Source of the DNA: Eubacteriales bacterium
GTDB taxonomy: Bacteria > Bacillota > Clostridia > Oscillospirales > CAG-272
NCBI GenBank assembly: GCA_045532985.1
Contig: JAZSGY010000015.1
Location: forward strand, 7,743-71,742
Direction: 5' to 3'
Length of the DNA: 64,000 nucleotides
Shown here: positions 1-9,699 of the stretch, one piece after another
Layout of the letters: each line of letters begins with the position of its first letter
Position numbering within the stretch: position 1 is the stretch's first letter
Position numbers and translations under genes: made by a program
The notes under the pieces: model-generated
What the model was told of the DNA's origin: nothing
The model's database searches: none
Seen by the model: the letters and a program-made list of their open reading frames with translations, nothing else

Positions 1-1
1 T

Positions 2-622
2 GATGGGACGCTATATGATCTGCACACGCCGCACGGCGAGCTGTGTGCATTACAGATTCCCTCTTACGGAGCGCATACGGCACTCTCCGCCGCCTTTGCG
101 GTCGCATACGGAATGGAAGTGGGGGTCCCTGAGGAAGCGATCCGAAGGGGGCTGATGGAATTCAGCCCGCCGCCGATGCGGCAGGAGCTGATACGCACCG
201 ATCCCGGATTTTTTCTGATCCTCGACTGCTATAACGCATCTCCATCCGCAACCTGTACGAGCATTACGCTTTCGGTGCAAATAGCGGGAAGCGAGGGGCG
301 CGAGGCCGCAGCACTGCTTGGCACGATCGGGGAGCTTGGAGAATCCGCAAAGAAGGCACATTATACAGTCGGAAAGGAAGCGGCGCGCGCGGGGATCGGG
401 TATCTTTTCGTCTTTGGAGAGTATTGCGAGGACTATGCAAAAGGAGCAATTGAAGCAGGAATGCCAAAGGATCGCATCCTGCAATTTGAAGCACCCGATG
501 CTGCGTGTGCCGAAGCCGTAATGACGCGGATGCACGAGGGGGACTTCTTGCTGATCAAAGCATCGCGTGCGGAAAGGGCGGAGCGCATTCTGCCGTTTTT
601 CTTGAAGAATCGGGAACTATGA
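2..622 (+). CDS. murF: UDP-N-acetylmuramoyl-tripeptide--D-alanyl-D-alanine ligase (MurF), C-terminal part; the 5' end lies outside the window
   Basis: Frame 2 is open from the window edge to the stop at 620-622. The translation (LILDCYNASPSAT...GELGESAKKAHY...FLLIKASRAERAERI) resembles a Mur-ligase C-terminal domain. It sits directly upstream of mraY, as in dcw clusters. Confidence 0.8.
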   Translation, partial: DGTLYDLHTPHGELCALQIPSYGAHTALSAAFAVAYGMEVGVPEEAIRRGLMEFSPPPMRQELIRTDPGFFLILDCYNASPSATCTSITLSVQIAGSEGREAAALLGTIGELGESAKKAHYTVGKEAARAGIGYLFVFGEYCEDYAKGAIEAGMPKDRILQFEAPDAACAEAVMTRMHEGDFLLIKASRAERAERILPFFLKNREL

Positions 623-635
623 AGGAGGTGCAAAA

Positions 636-1622
636 ATGTCGTCCTTCGTTTCTTATATTCTGATCTCCGTACTTAGCTTTTTCTCAACGGTTTTGTTGAC
701 AAAGGCTCTGATTCCTTATCTACGATATAAAAAAATGGGGCAAAGGATCCTTGAGATCGGCCCACGATGGCACAAAAACAAGGAAGGCACGCCAACGATG
801 GGCGGGCTCGGCTTTCTGATCCCGATCCTTTTACTTTCGCTTTTATTCGGTTTTCTTTTATTGAAGGGTGTCCAAAAAGGCGAGCTCCGTTTCTTGATCC
901 TGACTCTGCTATATGCGCTCTCGAACGCTGCCGTCGGCTTTCTTGACGATCTGACCAAGTTTAAAAAGAAGCAAAACGAGGGGCTTACTCCAAGGCAGAA
1001 GGTTTTGCTGCAAACGGTATTCTCAATCTCTTACCTTGCACTTTTAAGAATCTTCGGTTTTGTCTCGAGCAGTATGCCGCTCCCCTTTTTGAACATCTGG
1101 ATCGACTTCGGACTCGGGTTTTATTTTTTTGCGGCGATCCTTCTCGTCGGTGTGGTCAACTGTGCCAATCTGACCGACGGGATCGACGGTCTTGCGACGA
1201 CGACGGCATTCATCATCGGAGCATTCTTCGGTGTTATGGGAATCCTGCGCGGCGAGACCTCCGTGATCATTCTCGGCGGAGCTACGCTTGGGAGCTGTCT
1301 TGGCTTTCTGATCTATAACTTTCACCCTGCCAGAATATTTATGGGTGATACGGGCTCTTTGTTTTTGGGGGCGCTTTTGGCGGGCTGTGCCTTTCAACTC
1401 GGCTCTCCTTTGCTCATTCTTTTGGTTGGCGTTTTGTATATCCTTGAGGGCGTCTCGGTTATTTTACAGGTCACCGTCTTCCGTTTGACGGGTAAACGTC
1501 TTTTTCGAATGGCGCCGCTTCACCACCATTTTGAAAAATGCGGCTGGAGTGAGGTCAAAATACTCGGCATTTTTTCGATTTTGACCTTGATCGGTTGCGT
1601 GGGCGCTTATTTTGCGCTTTAG
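636..1622 (+). CDS. mraY: phospho-N-acetylmuramoyl-pentapeptide transferase (MraY)
   Basis: 328 aa polytopic membrane protein with the MraY signatures NCANLTDGIDGLA, FMGDTGSLFLGA and HHHFE. An RBS (gaaggagg) precedes the ATG. Confidence 0.95.
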   Translation: MSSFVSYILISVLSFFSTVLLTKALIPYLRYKKMGQRILEIGPRWHKNKEGTPTMGGLGFLIPILLLSLLFGFLLLKGVQKGELRFLILTLLYALSNAAVGFLDDLTKFKKKQNEGLTPRQKVLLQTVFSISYLALLRIFGFVSSSMPLPFLNIWIDFGLGFYFFAAILLVGVVNCANLTDGIDGLATTTAFIIGAFFGVMGILRGETSVIILGGATLGSCLGFLIYNFHPARIFMGDTGSLFLGALLAGCAFQLGSPLLILLVGVLYILEGVSVILQVTVFRLTGKRLFRMAPLHHHFEKCGWSEVKILGIFSILTLIGCVGAYFAL

Positions 1623-1630
1623 GAGGTCAT

Positions 1631-2803
1631 ATGTCATTGATTGAAAGAAAAAAGCCTCTCTTTTTCAAAAAACACACGCAAGACGCTCAAAAAAAGAACA
1701 GGTGTGACCCGTCCCTGCTTATTCTGATCCTTATCCTTTCGGCATTTGGCTCACTGATGGTCTTTAGTGCAAGCTACGCCTATGCCGAGCGACGTTACGG
1801 TGACAGCTTTTATTTTATAAAACGGCAGATCCTTTGGCTGTTCGTCGGGCTTGTCGCTATGTTTTTGACCTCGCGGCTCTCAATTGCCACACTGAAAAAA
1901 GCCGCCCCCTTTGCCTACCTTTTCACCGTCGTTTCCCTGATCCTTGTTCCGATCATTGGAACGACGGCGGGCGGCGCCCGACGCTGGATCTCAATCGGCG
2001 GTCTTAGCTTTCAGCCGTCGGAGTTTGCCAAAATGACCTTGATCCTGATGCTTGCGTATTATTTTGAGCGAAAGCGCGAGAAGATCCTCGCTTACGACAA
2101 GCCGCGGGAAAGCATTACATACGGAGCCCTGATCCCCTTTGCATTGATCGGAGCCGTATGCGGTCTCGTTATGCTGCAAAAGCATCTTTCGGGGTTGATC
2201 ATACTCGGTGCCATCGGTATACTCGTCATGTTTCTCGCCGGAACGAATCCAAAGATCCTCGGGTCGTTGGCTCTAATGGGCGTTGCTGCAGTCAGCGCGC
2301 TCGCGCTCTTTACCGACTATACGAAGCGACGCATTCTGATCTGGCTGAATCCCGAGCTTTATCCGCTCGACGGCGGCTGGCAGACGCTTCAGGGGATGAT
2401 GGCGATCGGATCGGGCGGTTTTTTCGGACTCGGCTTTGGAAACAGCAGATTGAAATTCAGTTACGTGTCGGAGCCTCAAAACGATTTCATCTTCACGATC
2501 ACCTGCGAGGAGCTTGGATTTCTCGGCGCACTCTCGGTAATCCTTTTGTTCACACTTTTCGTGGCACGTGCCTCTAAGCTCGCGCTCAACGTAAACGATC
2601 CCTTTGCGAAGATCGTCGGGCTCGGGCTCGGCTGCAAGGTGGCTTTACAGGTTCTTTTAAACATCGCGGTCGTCACGAACACGATCCCGAATACCGGCAT
2701 CTCGCTCCCCTTCTTCAGCTACGGCGGTTCCTCCTTGGTGATGCTCTTTACAGAGATGGGCATCCTCCTTGCAATTTCGAAAATTTCAAATACCGGAAGG
2801 TGA
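1631..2803 (+). CDS. ftsW: SEDS-family cell division / peptidoglycan polymerase protein (FtsW/SpoVE type)
   Basis: Multi-TM protein with FQPSEFAKM and a C-terminal PFFSYGGSS motif typical of FtsW/RodA/SpoVE. I chose the ATG at 1631 (aggagg RBS at 1621-1626) rather than the track start at 1595, which overlaps the end of mraY. Confidence 0.9.
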   Translation: MSLIERKKPLFFKKHTQDAQKKNRCDPSLLILILILSAFGSLMVFSASYAYAERRYGDSFYFIKRQILWLFVGLVAMFLTSRLSIATLKKAAPFAYLFTVVSLILVPIIGTTAGGARRWISIGGLSFQPSEFAKMTLILMLAYYFERKREKILAYDKPRESITYGALIPFALIGAVCGLVMLQKHLSGLIILGAIGILVMFLAGTNPKILGSLALMGVAAVSALALFTDYTKRRILIWLNPELYPLDGGWQTLQGMMAIGSGGFFGLGFGNSRLKFSYVSEPQNDFIFTITCEELGFLGALSVILLFTLFVARASKLALNVNDPFAKIVGLGLGCKVALQVLLNIAVVTNTIPNTGISLPFFSYGGSSLVMLFTEMGILLAISKISNTGR

Positions 2804-2807
2804 TTTT

Positions 2808-3920
2808 TTGAAAATTCTTTTAACGGGTGGCGGCACGGCGGGACATATCAATCCCGCGATTGCCATCGCAGAGCTTTTGAAACGGAATCTACCAAACGTA
2901 AAGATCGCTTATGCGGGCACGCCAAACGGTCTTGAGCGGGATCTGACGGCGGTTCTTTCGTGTCCGTATTACGCCATTCGTTCCTACGGCTTTTCGCGCC
3001 GTCCTACCATCAAAAATGCCGTCGCCGCCGTGCGGGCCGTTCTCTCTCCGATCGAGGCGCGACGCATCATCCGCGATTTTCGCCCCGACCTTGCCGTTGG
3101 GACGGGGGGCTACGTTTGTTGGCCGATTCTGCGTGCCGCCGCGCACGAGGGCGTGCCCGTTGCGATCCATGAATCAAACGCACTCCCGGGACTTGCCGTA
3201 AGACGACTTGAAAGGCATGCAGACCTAGTTATGCTGAATTTCAAGGAGAGCGCCGCCCTTTTAAAGCATCCCGAAAAAACGTTGCAAACGGGAATTCCCT
3301 TACGCGCAAGCTTTGGAATGCATTCGTATAAGGAAGCAAGAAAAAGGTTGGGCGTCCCGAAGGATGCTTTCTATGTTCTATCCTTTGGAGGAAGCCTCGG
3401 AGCTGAGACGGTCAACCGTACGGTAGTGGAATGGATGGCAAGATACGGCGAGAAAAAGCAAAATCTCTACCATCTGCACGCCGCGGGAAGCTACCGTAGC
3501 AATTTCGTGGAATGCTATCTGCACTATACGCGACTCGTTAACAGTAAGGAGCGTTTGCAGATCATCAAATATATCGACGATATGCATTTGCAAATGGCGG
3601 CCGCCGACCTCGTGATCTGCCGCTGCGGTGCGGTCACTCTCGCAGAGCTTTCCGCACTTTCAAAGCCGTCGATCCTGATCCCGTCGCCAAACGTGGCGGA
3701 CGATCACCAGAAGAAAAACGCACTGCTCTTTGCAAACGAAAAAGCCGCGACTCTGCTTGAGGAGCGCGAGCTTTCCGCGGCGACGCTCGAGGATGCGATC
3801 CTCCCCTACTATGAAGCACCCGAGCTCCGCCGTACCGCGGGGGCTGCCGCGCACCGTTTTTTCGTACCGAAAAGCGATCGCATCATTTTCAATTCCTTGA
3901 TGGAATTGCTTGGGTGTTGA
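2808..3920 (+). CDS. murG: UDP-N-acetylglucosamine--N-acetylmuramyl-(pentapeptide) pyrophosphoryl-undecaprenol GlcNAc transferase (MurG)
   Basis: The N-terminus KILLTGGGTAGHINPAIAIA is the MurG G-loop. The likely start is TTG at 2808, after ggaagg. The track start ATG 2769 lies inside ftsW and would add 13 aa. Confidence 0.9.
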   Translation: MKILLTGGGTAGHINPAIAIAELLKRNLPNVKIAYAGTPNGLERDLTAVLSCPYYAIRSYGFSRRPTIKNAVAAVRAVLSPIEARRIIRDFRPDLAVGTGGYVCWPILRAAAHEGVPVAIHESNALPGLAVRRLERHADLVMLNFKESAALLKHPEKTLQTGIPLRASFGMHSYKEARKRLGVPKDAFYVLSFGGSLGAETVNRTVVEWMARYGEKKQNLYHLHAAGSYRSNFVECYLHYTRLVNSKERLQIIKYIDDMHLQMAAADLVICRCGAVTLAELSALSKPSILIPSPNVADDHQKKNALLFANEKAATLLEERELSAATLEDAILPYYEAPELRRTAGAAAHRFFVPKSDRIIFNSLMELLGC

Positions 3921-4015
3921 ATGTTCTGCCCTGAATTATTGATCGGTTTTTGTCATTCAAAACATTTTGAAGTGCTAAAAAATTGTTAACAATCTATGAA
4001 TTTTAAAATTACCTA

Positions 4016-4044
4016 TTGCAAAAAAAAGAGTTTCAAGTTATTAT
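4016..4044 (+). promoter_or_regulatory. candidate sigma-A promoter upstream of ftsZ
   Basis: TTGCAA (4016-4021), a 17 nt spacer, then TATTAT (4039-4044), inside the AT-rich 223 nt gap before ftsZ. Confidence 0.4.
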
Positions 4045-4143
4045 ATAAGTAGATATTTATATATAATATTTGTCATCCGTTTCTTTGCTTTTCCGAAAGC
4101 GAAGAACAGCGATAGGAATTTTAAAATTACGGAGGTATTTTTT

Positions 4144-5292
4144 ATGCAGTTCGAAGTGGACGATTTGTATAGCAGTGGTGTGAATATCAAGGTCATCGGT
4201 GTCGGCGGTGGCGGCGGAAACGCGGTCAATCGCATGATCTCCACGAACATCCGCGGTGTTGAATTTATCGCGATCAATACGGACAGTATGGCACTGAACA
4301 ACTCCAGCGCATCACAGAAGCTGGTGATCGGTGAGAAGATGACGCGCGGCTTCGGTGCGGGTGCAAACCCCGACATTGGCAAGCGCTCTGCCGAGGAAAG
4401 CATCGATGATATCCGCCGCATTCTCGAGGGCTCTGAGATGGTCTTCGTCACCACGGGTATGGGTGGCGGTACAGGTACCGGTGCTGCGCCCGTCGTAGCA
4501 AAGGCGGCGCATGAAATGGGTATTCTGACCGTCGGTATCGTAACCAAGCCCTTCACCTTTGAGGGGCGTAAGAGAATGAAGCACGCCGAGGAAGGTATTG
4601 AGGAGCTGAAGCAGTACGTTGACTCCCTGATCGTAATTCCGAACGAAAGACTGAAGCAGGTATCCGATACGCCGATCACGCTCGCAAACGCATTTGAGAT
4701 CGCCGACGACGTTCTGCGCCGCGGTGTTCAGAGTGTTGCGGAGCTGATCAACGTTCATCAGTTTGTAAACCTCGACTTTGCCGACGTGACCTCGGTCATG
4801 AAGGACGCAGGATATGCACATATGGGCGTCGGCTCCGCAAAGGGTCCCGATAAGGCGCATCTTGCCGCAATGCAGGCGATCTCCTCTCCTCTGCTTGAGA
4901 CCTCGATCGCAGGCGCGACCGGTATTCTTATCAGTATCGTCGGATCGCCCGACATCGGGCTTGAGGACGTAGAGCTTGCCTCGACTATGATCACCGAGGA
5001 GGCGCATCCCGATGCAAATATCATTTGGGGTGCCGCATTTGATCCCGAAATGGAGGATGAGATGCGCGTCGTGATCATTGCAACGGGCTTTGATTCGGGC
5101 AAGAAGCCGCAGGCAGTTGAAAGCACGGTCACGCAGCCCGTGGCGACCCCGATCACGGAGGCTACCGATCCCGTTGTTCCCGACGTCGTAACGCCCCAGG
5201 CACCCAAGAAAGCCGAGAACACCCAGATCTCCGACGGCGATTTTGAGGATATTATGGAGATCCTCAACCGTTCGAGAAACAAAAACTTCTGA
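4144..5292 (+). CDS. ftsZ: cell division GTPase FtsZ
   Basis: [13 protein letters not shown] and the tubulin signature [13 protein letters not shown], followed by a disordered C-terminal linker. Confidence 0.97.
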   Translation: MQFEVDDLYSSGVNIKVIGVGGGGGNAVNRMISTNIRGVEFIAINTDSMALNNSSASQKLVIGEKMTRGFGAGANPDIGKRSAEESIDDIRRILEGSEMVFVTTGMGGGTGTGAAPVVAKAAHEMGILTVGIVTKPFTFEGRKRMKHAEEGIEELKQYVDSLIVIPNERLKQVSDTPITLANAFEIADDVLRRGVQSVAELINVHQFVNLDFADVTSVMKDAGYAHMGVGSAKGPDKAHLAAMQAISSPLLETSIAGATGILISIVGSPDIGLEDVELASTMITEEAHPDANIIWGAAFDPEMEDEMRVVIIATGFDSGKKPQAVESTVTQPVATPITEATDPVVPDVVTPQAPKKAENTQISDGDFEDIMEILNRSRNKNF

Positions 5293-5306
5293 TTTCTACA
5301 TAAAAA

Positions 5307-5335
5307 AACACAGGACCCTGATCCTGTGTTTTTTT
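5307..5335 (+). terminator. rho-independent terminator of ftsZ
   Basis: A 9 bp stem (aacacagga / tcctgtgtt) with loop ccctga, followed by a T-run to 5335. Confidence 0.8.
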
Positions 5336-5361
5336 AAAAGGGCTGTTTTGCAACAGCCCTT
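5336..5361 (-). terminator. hairpin terminator downstream of citrate synthase
   Basis: Stem gggctgtt / aacagccc around loop ttgc. On the minus strand it is followed by tttt. Confidence 0.6.
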
Positions 5362-5365
5362 CTCT

Positions 5366-6754
5366 TTATCTTTTTCCGATCTCAACGTAGGTTTTGTTTT
5401 TCGCAATGCATTTGTAACCGGGACGGATGATCTTCTTTGCGGTGCAGTATTCCTCCATACGGTGTGCGCACCAGCCCGAAACGCGTGCCATCGCAAACAA
5501 GGGGGTATACATATCCACGGGGATGTCAAGCATACGGTAAACGAGACCCGAATACAGGTCCACGTTCGCACACATGCGGTTGGTGACGCCCTTGTAATTA
5601 CAGAAGATCTCGGGAGTCAGGCGCTCGATCTCCTCAAGCAGCTCGAAATCGTCTCCGTAGCCCTTTTCATATGCAAGCTTACGTGCGCACTCCTTCAAAA
5701 GCACGGCGCGCGGATCCGACTTGGTGTAGATGGCGTGTCCCATACCGTAGATAAGTCCGCTGCCGTCGTACGCTTTTCCGTTCAGGATCTTCAACAGATA
5801 CGAAGCAAGCTCGTCCTCGTTGCGGAAATTATCGACGTTTGCCTTGATATCGTCAAACATCTCCTGCACCTTGATGTTCGCGCCGCCGTGGCGCGGTCCC
5901 TTCAAGGCACCGATCGCCGCGCCGATCGCGCTGTACGTATCGGTTCCCGAGGAAGAAAGCACGCGGCAGGCGAAGGTCGAGTTGTTACCGCCGCCATGCT
6001 CCGCATGGATGATCAGACACGCATCAAGAAGCTTTGCCTCGTCCTCCGTATAGCTCTTGCTGGAGCGCATGATGCGCAAAAAATTCTGCGCGGTTCCGAG
6101 ATTGTCGTGGGGATTGTGCAGATTAAGGCTGCGGTCCTGAAAAACGTTTTTGAAAACCGCATAGGAATGTGCCGCGATCACGGGCAGACGCGCCAAAAGC
6201 TCCATGCTTTGACGAAGCATATTCTCAAGCGAGGTATCGTCGGGGTTTTCATCATACGAATACAGTGCCAGAACACCCTGAGCCATTTTATTCATGATCG
6301 AGCGTGAGGGGGCTTTTAAGAGAACGTCCTCGGTAAAACGCGAGGGCAGGCGACGGTATGCCGCCAAAACCTTATTAAAGGCATCCAACTGCTCCTGCGT
6401 CGGCAAATGTCCGAAAAACAAAAGGTAGGCGCATTCCTCATAGCCGTAGCGATCCTCCTCCGCGCACGCGCGGACAAGGTCACGCACGTCGTAGCCGCGA
6501 TAATGGAGAGCACCCTCATCGGGCATTTTTTCGCCCTCATAAACCACGTAGCCGTGTGCGTTACCGATACGCGTTACACCCGCCATAACGCCGGAGCCGT
6601 CCGCCTCACGCAGACCGCGTTTCACGCGATGGTTGTCAAAAGCGTTCTTCGGAATCGTATACGCCTCCTTTGCCTCTGAGAGCAAAAGATCGAATGCGTC
6701 CGCAATCTCCGAAACGTTATTTAAATTTGCATCATTTCCAATGGGATATTGCAT
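5366..6754 (-). CDS. gltA: citrate synthase (Si-type family)
   Basis: 462 aa with the citrate synthase motifs HAEHGGGNNSTF and GMGHAIYTKSDPRA. Confidence 0.9.
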   Translation of the reverse strand: MQYPIGNDANLNNVSEIADAFDLLLSEAKEAYTIPKNAFDNHRVKRGLREADGSGVMAGVTRIGNAHGYVVYEGEKMPDEGALHYRGYDVRDLVRACAEEDRYGYEECAYLLFFGHLPTQEQLDAFNKVLAAYRRLPSRFTEDVLLKAPSRSIMNKMAQGVLALYSYDENPDDTSLENMLRQSMELLARLPVIAAHSYAVFKNVFQDRSLNLHNPHDNLGTAQNFLRIMRSSKSYTEDEAKLLDACLIIHAEHGGGNNSTFACRVLSSSGTDTYSAIGAAIGALKGPRHGGANIKVQEMFDDIKANVDNFRNEDELASYLLKILNGKAYDGSGLIYGMGHAIYTKSDPRAVLLKECARKLAYEKGYGDDFELLEEIERLTPEIFCNYKGVTNRMCANVDLYSGLVYRMLDIPVDMYTPLFAMARVSGWCAHRMEEYCTAKKIIRPGYKCIAKNKTYVEIGKR

Positions 6755-6855
6755 AGTTCTACCTCATATTTGCATCAATTAATATATATTATAACACTAA
6801 TGGTCTGCAAAATGCAATATGTTTTTCAAAAAAATTCATTTTAGGACAAAAAAGA

Positions 6856-7593
6856 TCATTCGCAGACGGCAATCGTGACCCCGATGACCTCCTTGGCACC
6901 CGCTTTGTAGAGCTGCTTTGCCGCATTCCCGAGAGATGCGCCCGTAGTCGTCACGTCATCTACGAGAAAAATCCGCTTTCCACGCAGTGAGAGGTTCCTT
7001 TTGACAGAGTACGCATCCTTCATATTTTCAAAGCGTGCGTCTCTTTCTTTTTTCTTTTGAACGCCTGCATTTTTCCGACGGATCAAAGTGCTGTAACATC
7101 TGATGGAAAGCAGCTTTGCGATTCTTTTGGCGAGGTACTGACTTTGATCAAAGCCGTATTCCAATTTGCGTGAACGGCTTCGCGGTGCAAAGGTAAGAAC
7201 GTAATCTGGATTTTCAAACGCATCGGGAAGCGAACGCCTGATTGAGGCGACAAGCTCCTGTGCGAGAAAATCCCGACACAGCACGTCGCGCTTCTCTTTC
7301 ATCAAATGTACGATGTGATTGGTCGAATGCTCCGCCTCATCTCTGTCCTCACGCACGTAGCGGAAGAGCTTGAACAGCTTTTTCACGTGAAAATCGCGAA
7401 GCCTTTCCGTAGAGCAATTACAACGCGAAAATCTTTGTCCGCAAGCAGTACAGGGCACGTGCGTTGCCGCAAGATAGATCATTTCACATCGCTCGCAGAA
7501 GATCGAATCGTCATTTCCAAGCAGCTCGTCACAGATCGCACAGCGCGGCGGGAACAAAAGCGAGAGCATTCGTTTCATAAAACCTGATCTCAT
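6856..7593 (-). CDS. comFC: ComF-family protein (phosphoribosyltransferase domain with N-terminal Cys4 finger)
   Basis: N-terminal CAICDE...CERC...CTACGQ Cys clusters and a C-terminal PRTase motif IFLVDDVTTTGASL. The true start may be the ATG at 7578. Confidence 0.75.
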   Translation of the reverse strand: MRSGFMKRMLSLLFPPRCAICDELLGNDDSIFCERCEMIYLAATHVPCTACGQRFSRCNCSTERLRDFHVKKLFKLFRYVREDRDEAEHSTNHIVHLMKEKRDVLCRDFLAQELVASIRRSLPDAFENPDYVLTFAPRSRSRKLEYGFDQSQYLAKRIAKLLSIRCYSTLIRRKNAGVQKKKERDARFENMKDAYSVKRNLSLRGKRIFLVDDVTTTGASLGNAAKQLYKAGAKEVIGVTIAVCE

Positions 7594-7632
7594 AATTTCA
7601 AAGGGTGCCGTAAAGCGGCACCCTTCCTTTCA

Positions 7633-8589
7633 TCAATAGAAGGTGGCAATTTCAGGATCGGGAGCGGTAGCCGCCTCAGCCGAAATGAATTCAAGGATCG
7701 GTCCCTTTCCTCCGTAGAGCTTGTTATAATCCACCACGAATTTTGCCGTCAGAACGAGCCAGTCGCGCGTGCGGTAGGTCTTTCTGTCCTTGGCGCGGCA
7801 AATGACGCCGCGGTATGCCGTATCCGCCTCACAGCAGACCATAATATGGCGTCCGATCACAAACATGGTATCCGGGAGCTTGCCGTCTCTTGCGACGATC
7901 CCCTTGAAGCGAATCGTCTTTCCCACGTATTTACTGAAATCCTCGGTCATATCGCGGTACCAGATGGCGTAATCGGTATCCTTGATCTCGATGATCGGCG
8001 CCTCGATATCGAAGGGGAGCGGATCCTCGATCTCATCGTATTCCACTCTGCCGTCCTCGTATTCGTACGCGATCATTGCCTTGCGCGATACACCGCGCAC
8101 GATCTTGTGGAAGCTTTCGCGATCAGCGTTCTCAGGGCGGTTGAAAATAACCATTTCGCAGCTCTGGAGCTTATCAACGACAAGACTGCGCATATTTGCG
8201 TTATAGCTTTGGAAGGTTGCGGAATCGGCAAAAAACAGCTCCTGATAAACGAACCACCCCTCAGGCAGTGCGTTGTAAAAGGAATCGAGCGTCCACATAC
8301 CGTTGTATTCGACCATAAGACGCTGCATTTGATGCTTCGCCTGCAGATCCTTCAAAAATGACGGTGTCAGCTCTGCGACGTCCTCAACGCGCACGATCTC
8401 AACGGTCCCCTTCGGAAAATCGTAGGGATCGTATTCCTCTATCCCCTCTTCGCAAAGCAGTAAGAGCGTCTTTTCGCCCGCATTGAACTCGGGATCGCTG
8501 AGCGTGTTGCGAATGACGGTCGTCTTTCCTGCCTCCAAAAATCCCGTGAAGAGATAAACGGGCATTTCTACTTGCGGTTGATTGTTCAT
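7633..8589 (-). CDS. G3E/CobW-like P-loop protein with a C-terminal CCxAD domain
   Basis: Walker A GFLEAGKTTV at the N-terminus. The C-terminal FVIGRHIMVCCEADTAYRG resembles, from memory, the CC-x-AD motif of DUF1980/TIGR03943 proteins. The start is coupled to the upstream G3E gene (overlap at 8586-8589). Confidence 0.65.
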   Translation of the reverse strand: MNNQPQVEMPVYLFTGFLEAGKTTVIRNTLSDPEFNAGEKTLLLLCEEGIEEYDPYDFPKGTVEIVRVEDVAELTPSFLKDLQAKHQMQRLMVEYNGMWTLDSFYNALPEGWFVYQELFFADSATFQSYNANMRSLVVDKLQSCEMVIFNRPENADRESFHKIVRGVSRKAMIAYEYEDGRVEYDEIEDPLPFDIEAPIIEIKDTDYAIWYRDMTEDFSKYVGKTIRFKGIVARDGKLPDTMFVIGRHIMVCCEADTAYRGVICRAKDRKTYRTRDWLVLTAKFVVDYNKLYGGKGPILEFISAEAATAPDPEIATFY

Positions 8590-9638
8590 TTTACCATAAA
8601 CAGCACGGACAGTGCTTCCTTATCAATTTTAGAGCCGATCACGCAAAGTCTGCCCGTAATATCGGCAGCACCGCGACGGATATCCGACTCACCCGGAATG
8701 TAGTCGAAATGGATCCATTCGCCATCAGCGGCAGGGAGAATTCCCTTGGCACGCAGGATCATACCGAAGGAGTCGTCCTCGTCAAAGCGATCGAGGATCG
8801 TACGGATCTCATCCTCCGTAAAGCTGCGCGCGGTCTCGCATCCCCAGCTGGTGAACACCTCGTCCGCATGATGGTGATGATGACCGTGGCATCCGCAATC
8901 ACAATCCTCATCGTGGTCGTGGTGGTGATGCTTGTGATCGTGGTCGTGGCATCCGCAGTCGCAATCCTCGTCGTGGTCGTGATGATGATGCTTATGATGA
9001 TGGTGATGCTCCTGCTCCATCTGTTCAAGCTCTGCGTGCAGCGTATTTTTCTGCTCGATCGCAGCAAGGAGCTGTGCGCCCGTGAGCTTATCAAGCGGTG
9101 TTGTGACGATCGTAGCCTTCGGATTGCGTTCGCGCAAAAGCGCGACCGCCTCGTCGATCTTAGCCGCGGAAGCGCGTTCCGTGTGGCTGAGGATGACGGT
9201 CTTTGCGTGCTCGATCTGATCGTTGAAGAATTCACCGAAATTCTTCATATACATTTTGCATTTATTGGCATCGACCACCGTCGTGAGGCCAACGGCGGAA
9301 GCCCCCTCACCGATCGCGCCGTGTACCGCGCGCATAACGTCGCTCAGCTTGCCAACGCCCGGGGGCTCGATCAGGATTCGGTCGGGGGAATACTCTGCCA
9401 GAACCTTTTGAAGCGCCTCGGAAAAATCGCCGACGAGCGAGCAGCAGATACAGCCCGAGTTCATCTCGGTGATCTCGATCCCCGCCTCCTTCAGAAATCC
9501 GCCGTCAATGCCGATCTCGCCGAATTCGTTTTCGATCAGAACGACCTTTTCACCGGCGTACGCCCCACTCAGCAGCTTTTTGATCAGCGTGGTCTTTCCC
9601 GCACCGAGAAATCCCGAAAAAATATCAATTTTCGTCAT
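8586..9638 (-). CDS. CobW/G3E-family metallochaperone GTPase with a His/Asp/Cys-rich insert
   Basis: Walker A GFLGAGKTTL, the CxCC motif NSGCICCSL, and a His-rich stretch HHHHHKHHHHDHDEDCDCGCHDHDHKHHHHDHDEDCDCGCHGHHHHH. The start is taken as ATG 9638 (RBS aaggaag), because the longer track ORF reads through the tRNA-Lys gene. Confidence 0.85.
   Translation of the reverse strand: MTKIDIFSGFLGAGKTTLIKKLLSGAYAGEKVVLIENEFGEIGIDGGFLKEAGIEITEMNSGCICCSLVGDFSEALQKVLAEYSPDRILIEPPGVGKLSDVMRAVHGAIGEGASAVGLTTVVDANKCKMYMKNFGEFFNDQIEHAKTVILSHTERASAAKIDEAVALLRERNPKATIVTTPLDKLTGAQLLAAIEQKNTLHAELEQMEQEHHHHHKHHHHDHDEDCDCGCHDHDHKHHHHDHDEDCDCGCHGHHHHHADEVFTSWGCETARSFTEDEIRTILDRFDEDDSFGMILRAKGILPAADGEWIHFDYIPGESDIRRGAADITGRLCVIGSKIDKEALSVLFMVK
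8881..9000. repeat. 2 x 60 nt in-frame tandem repeat inside the CobW-like gene
   Basis: Hand alignment of 8881-8940 against 8941-9000 gives 50/60 identical positions. Each copy encodes one KHHHHDHDEDCDCGCH-type cassette. Confidence 0.85.
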
Positions 9639-9663
9639 TTTTTCTTCCTTTCGTCTTACGTAC

Positions 9664-9699
9664 TCAAAAAAACAAAAGACACCCTGTGCGGGTGTCTTT
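9664..9699 (-). terminator. rho-independent terminator after tRNA-Lys
   Basis: A 10 bp stem (aaagacaccc / gggtgtcttt) with a 5 nt loop. On the minus strand it is followed by ttgttttttt. Confidence 0.8.
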
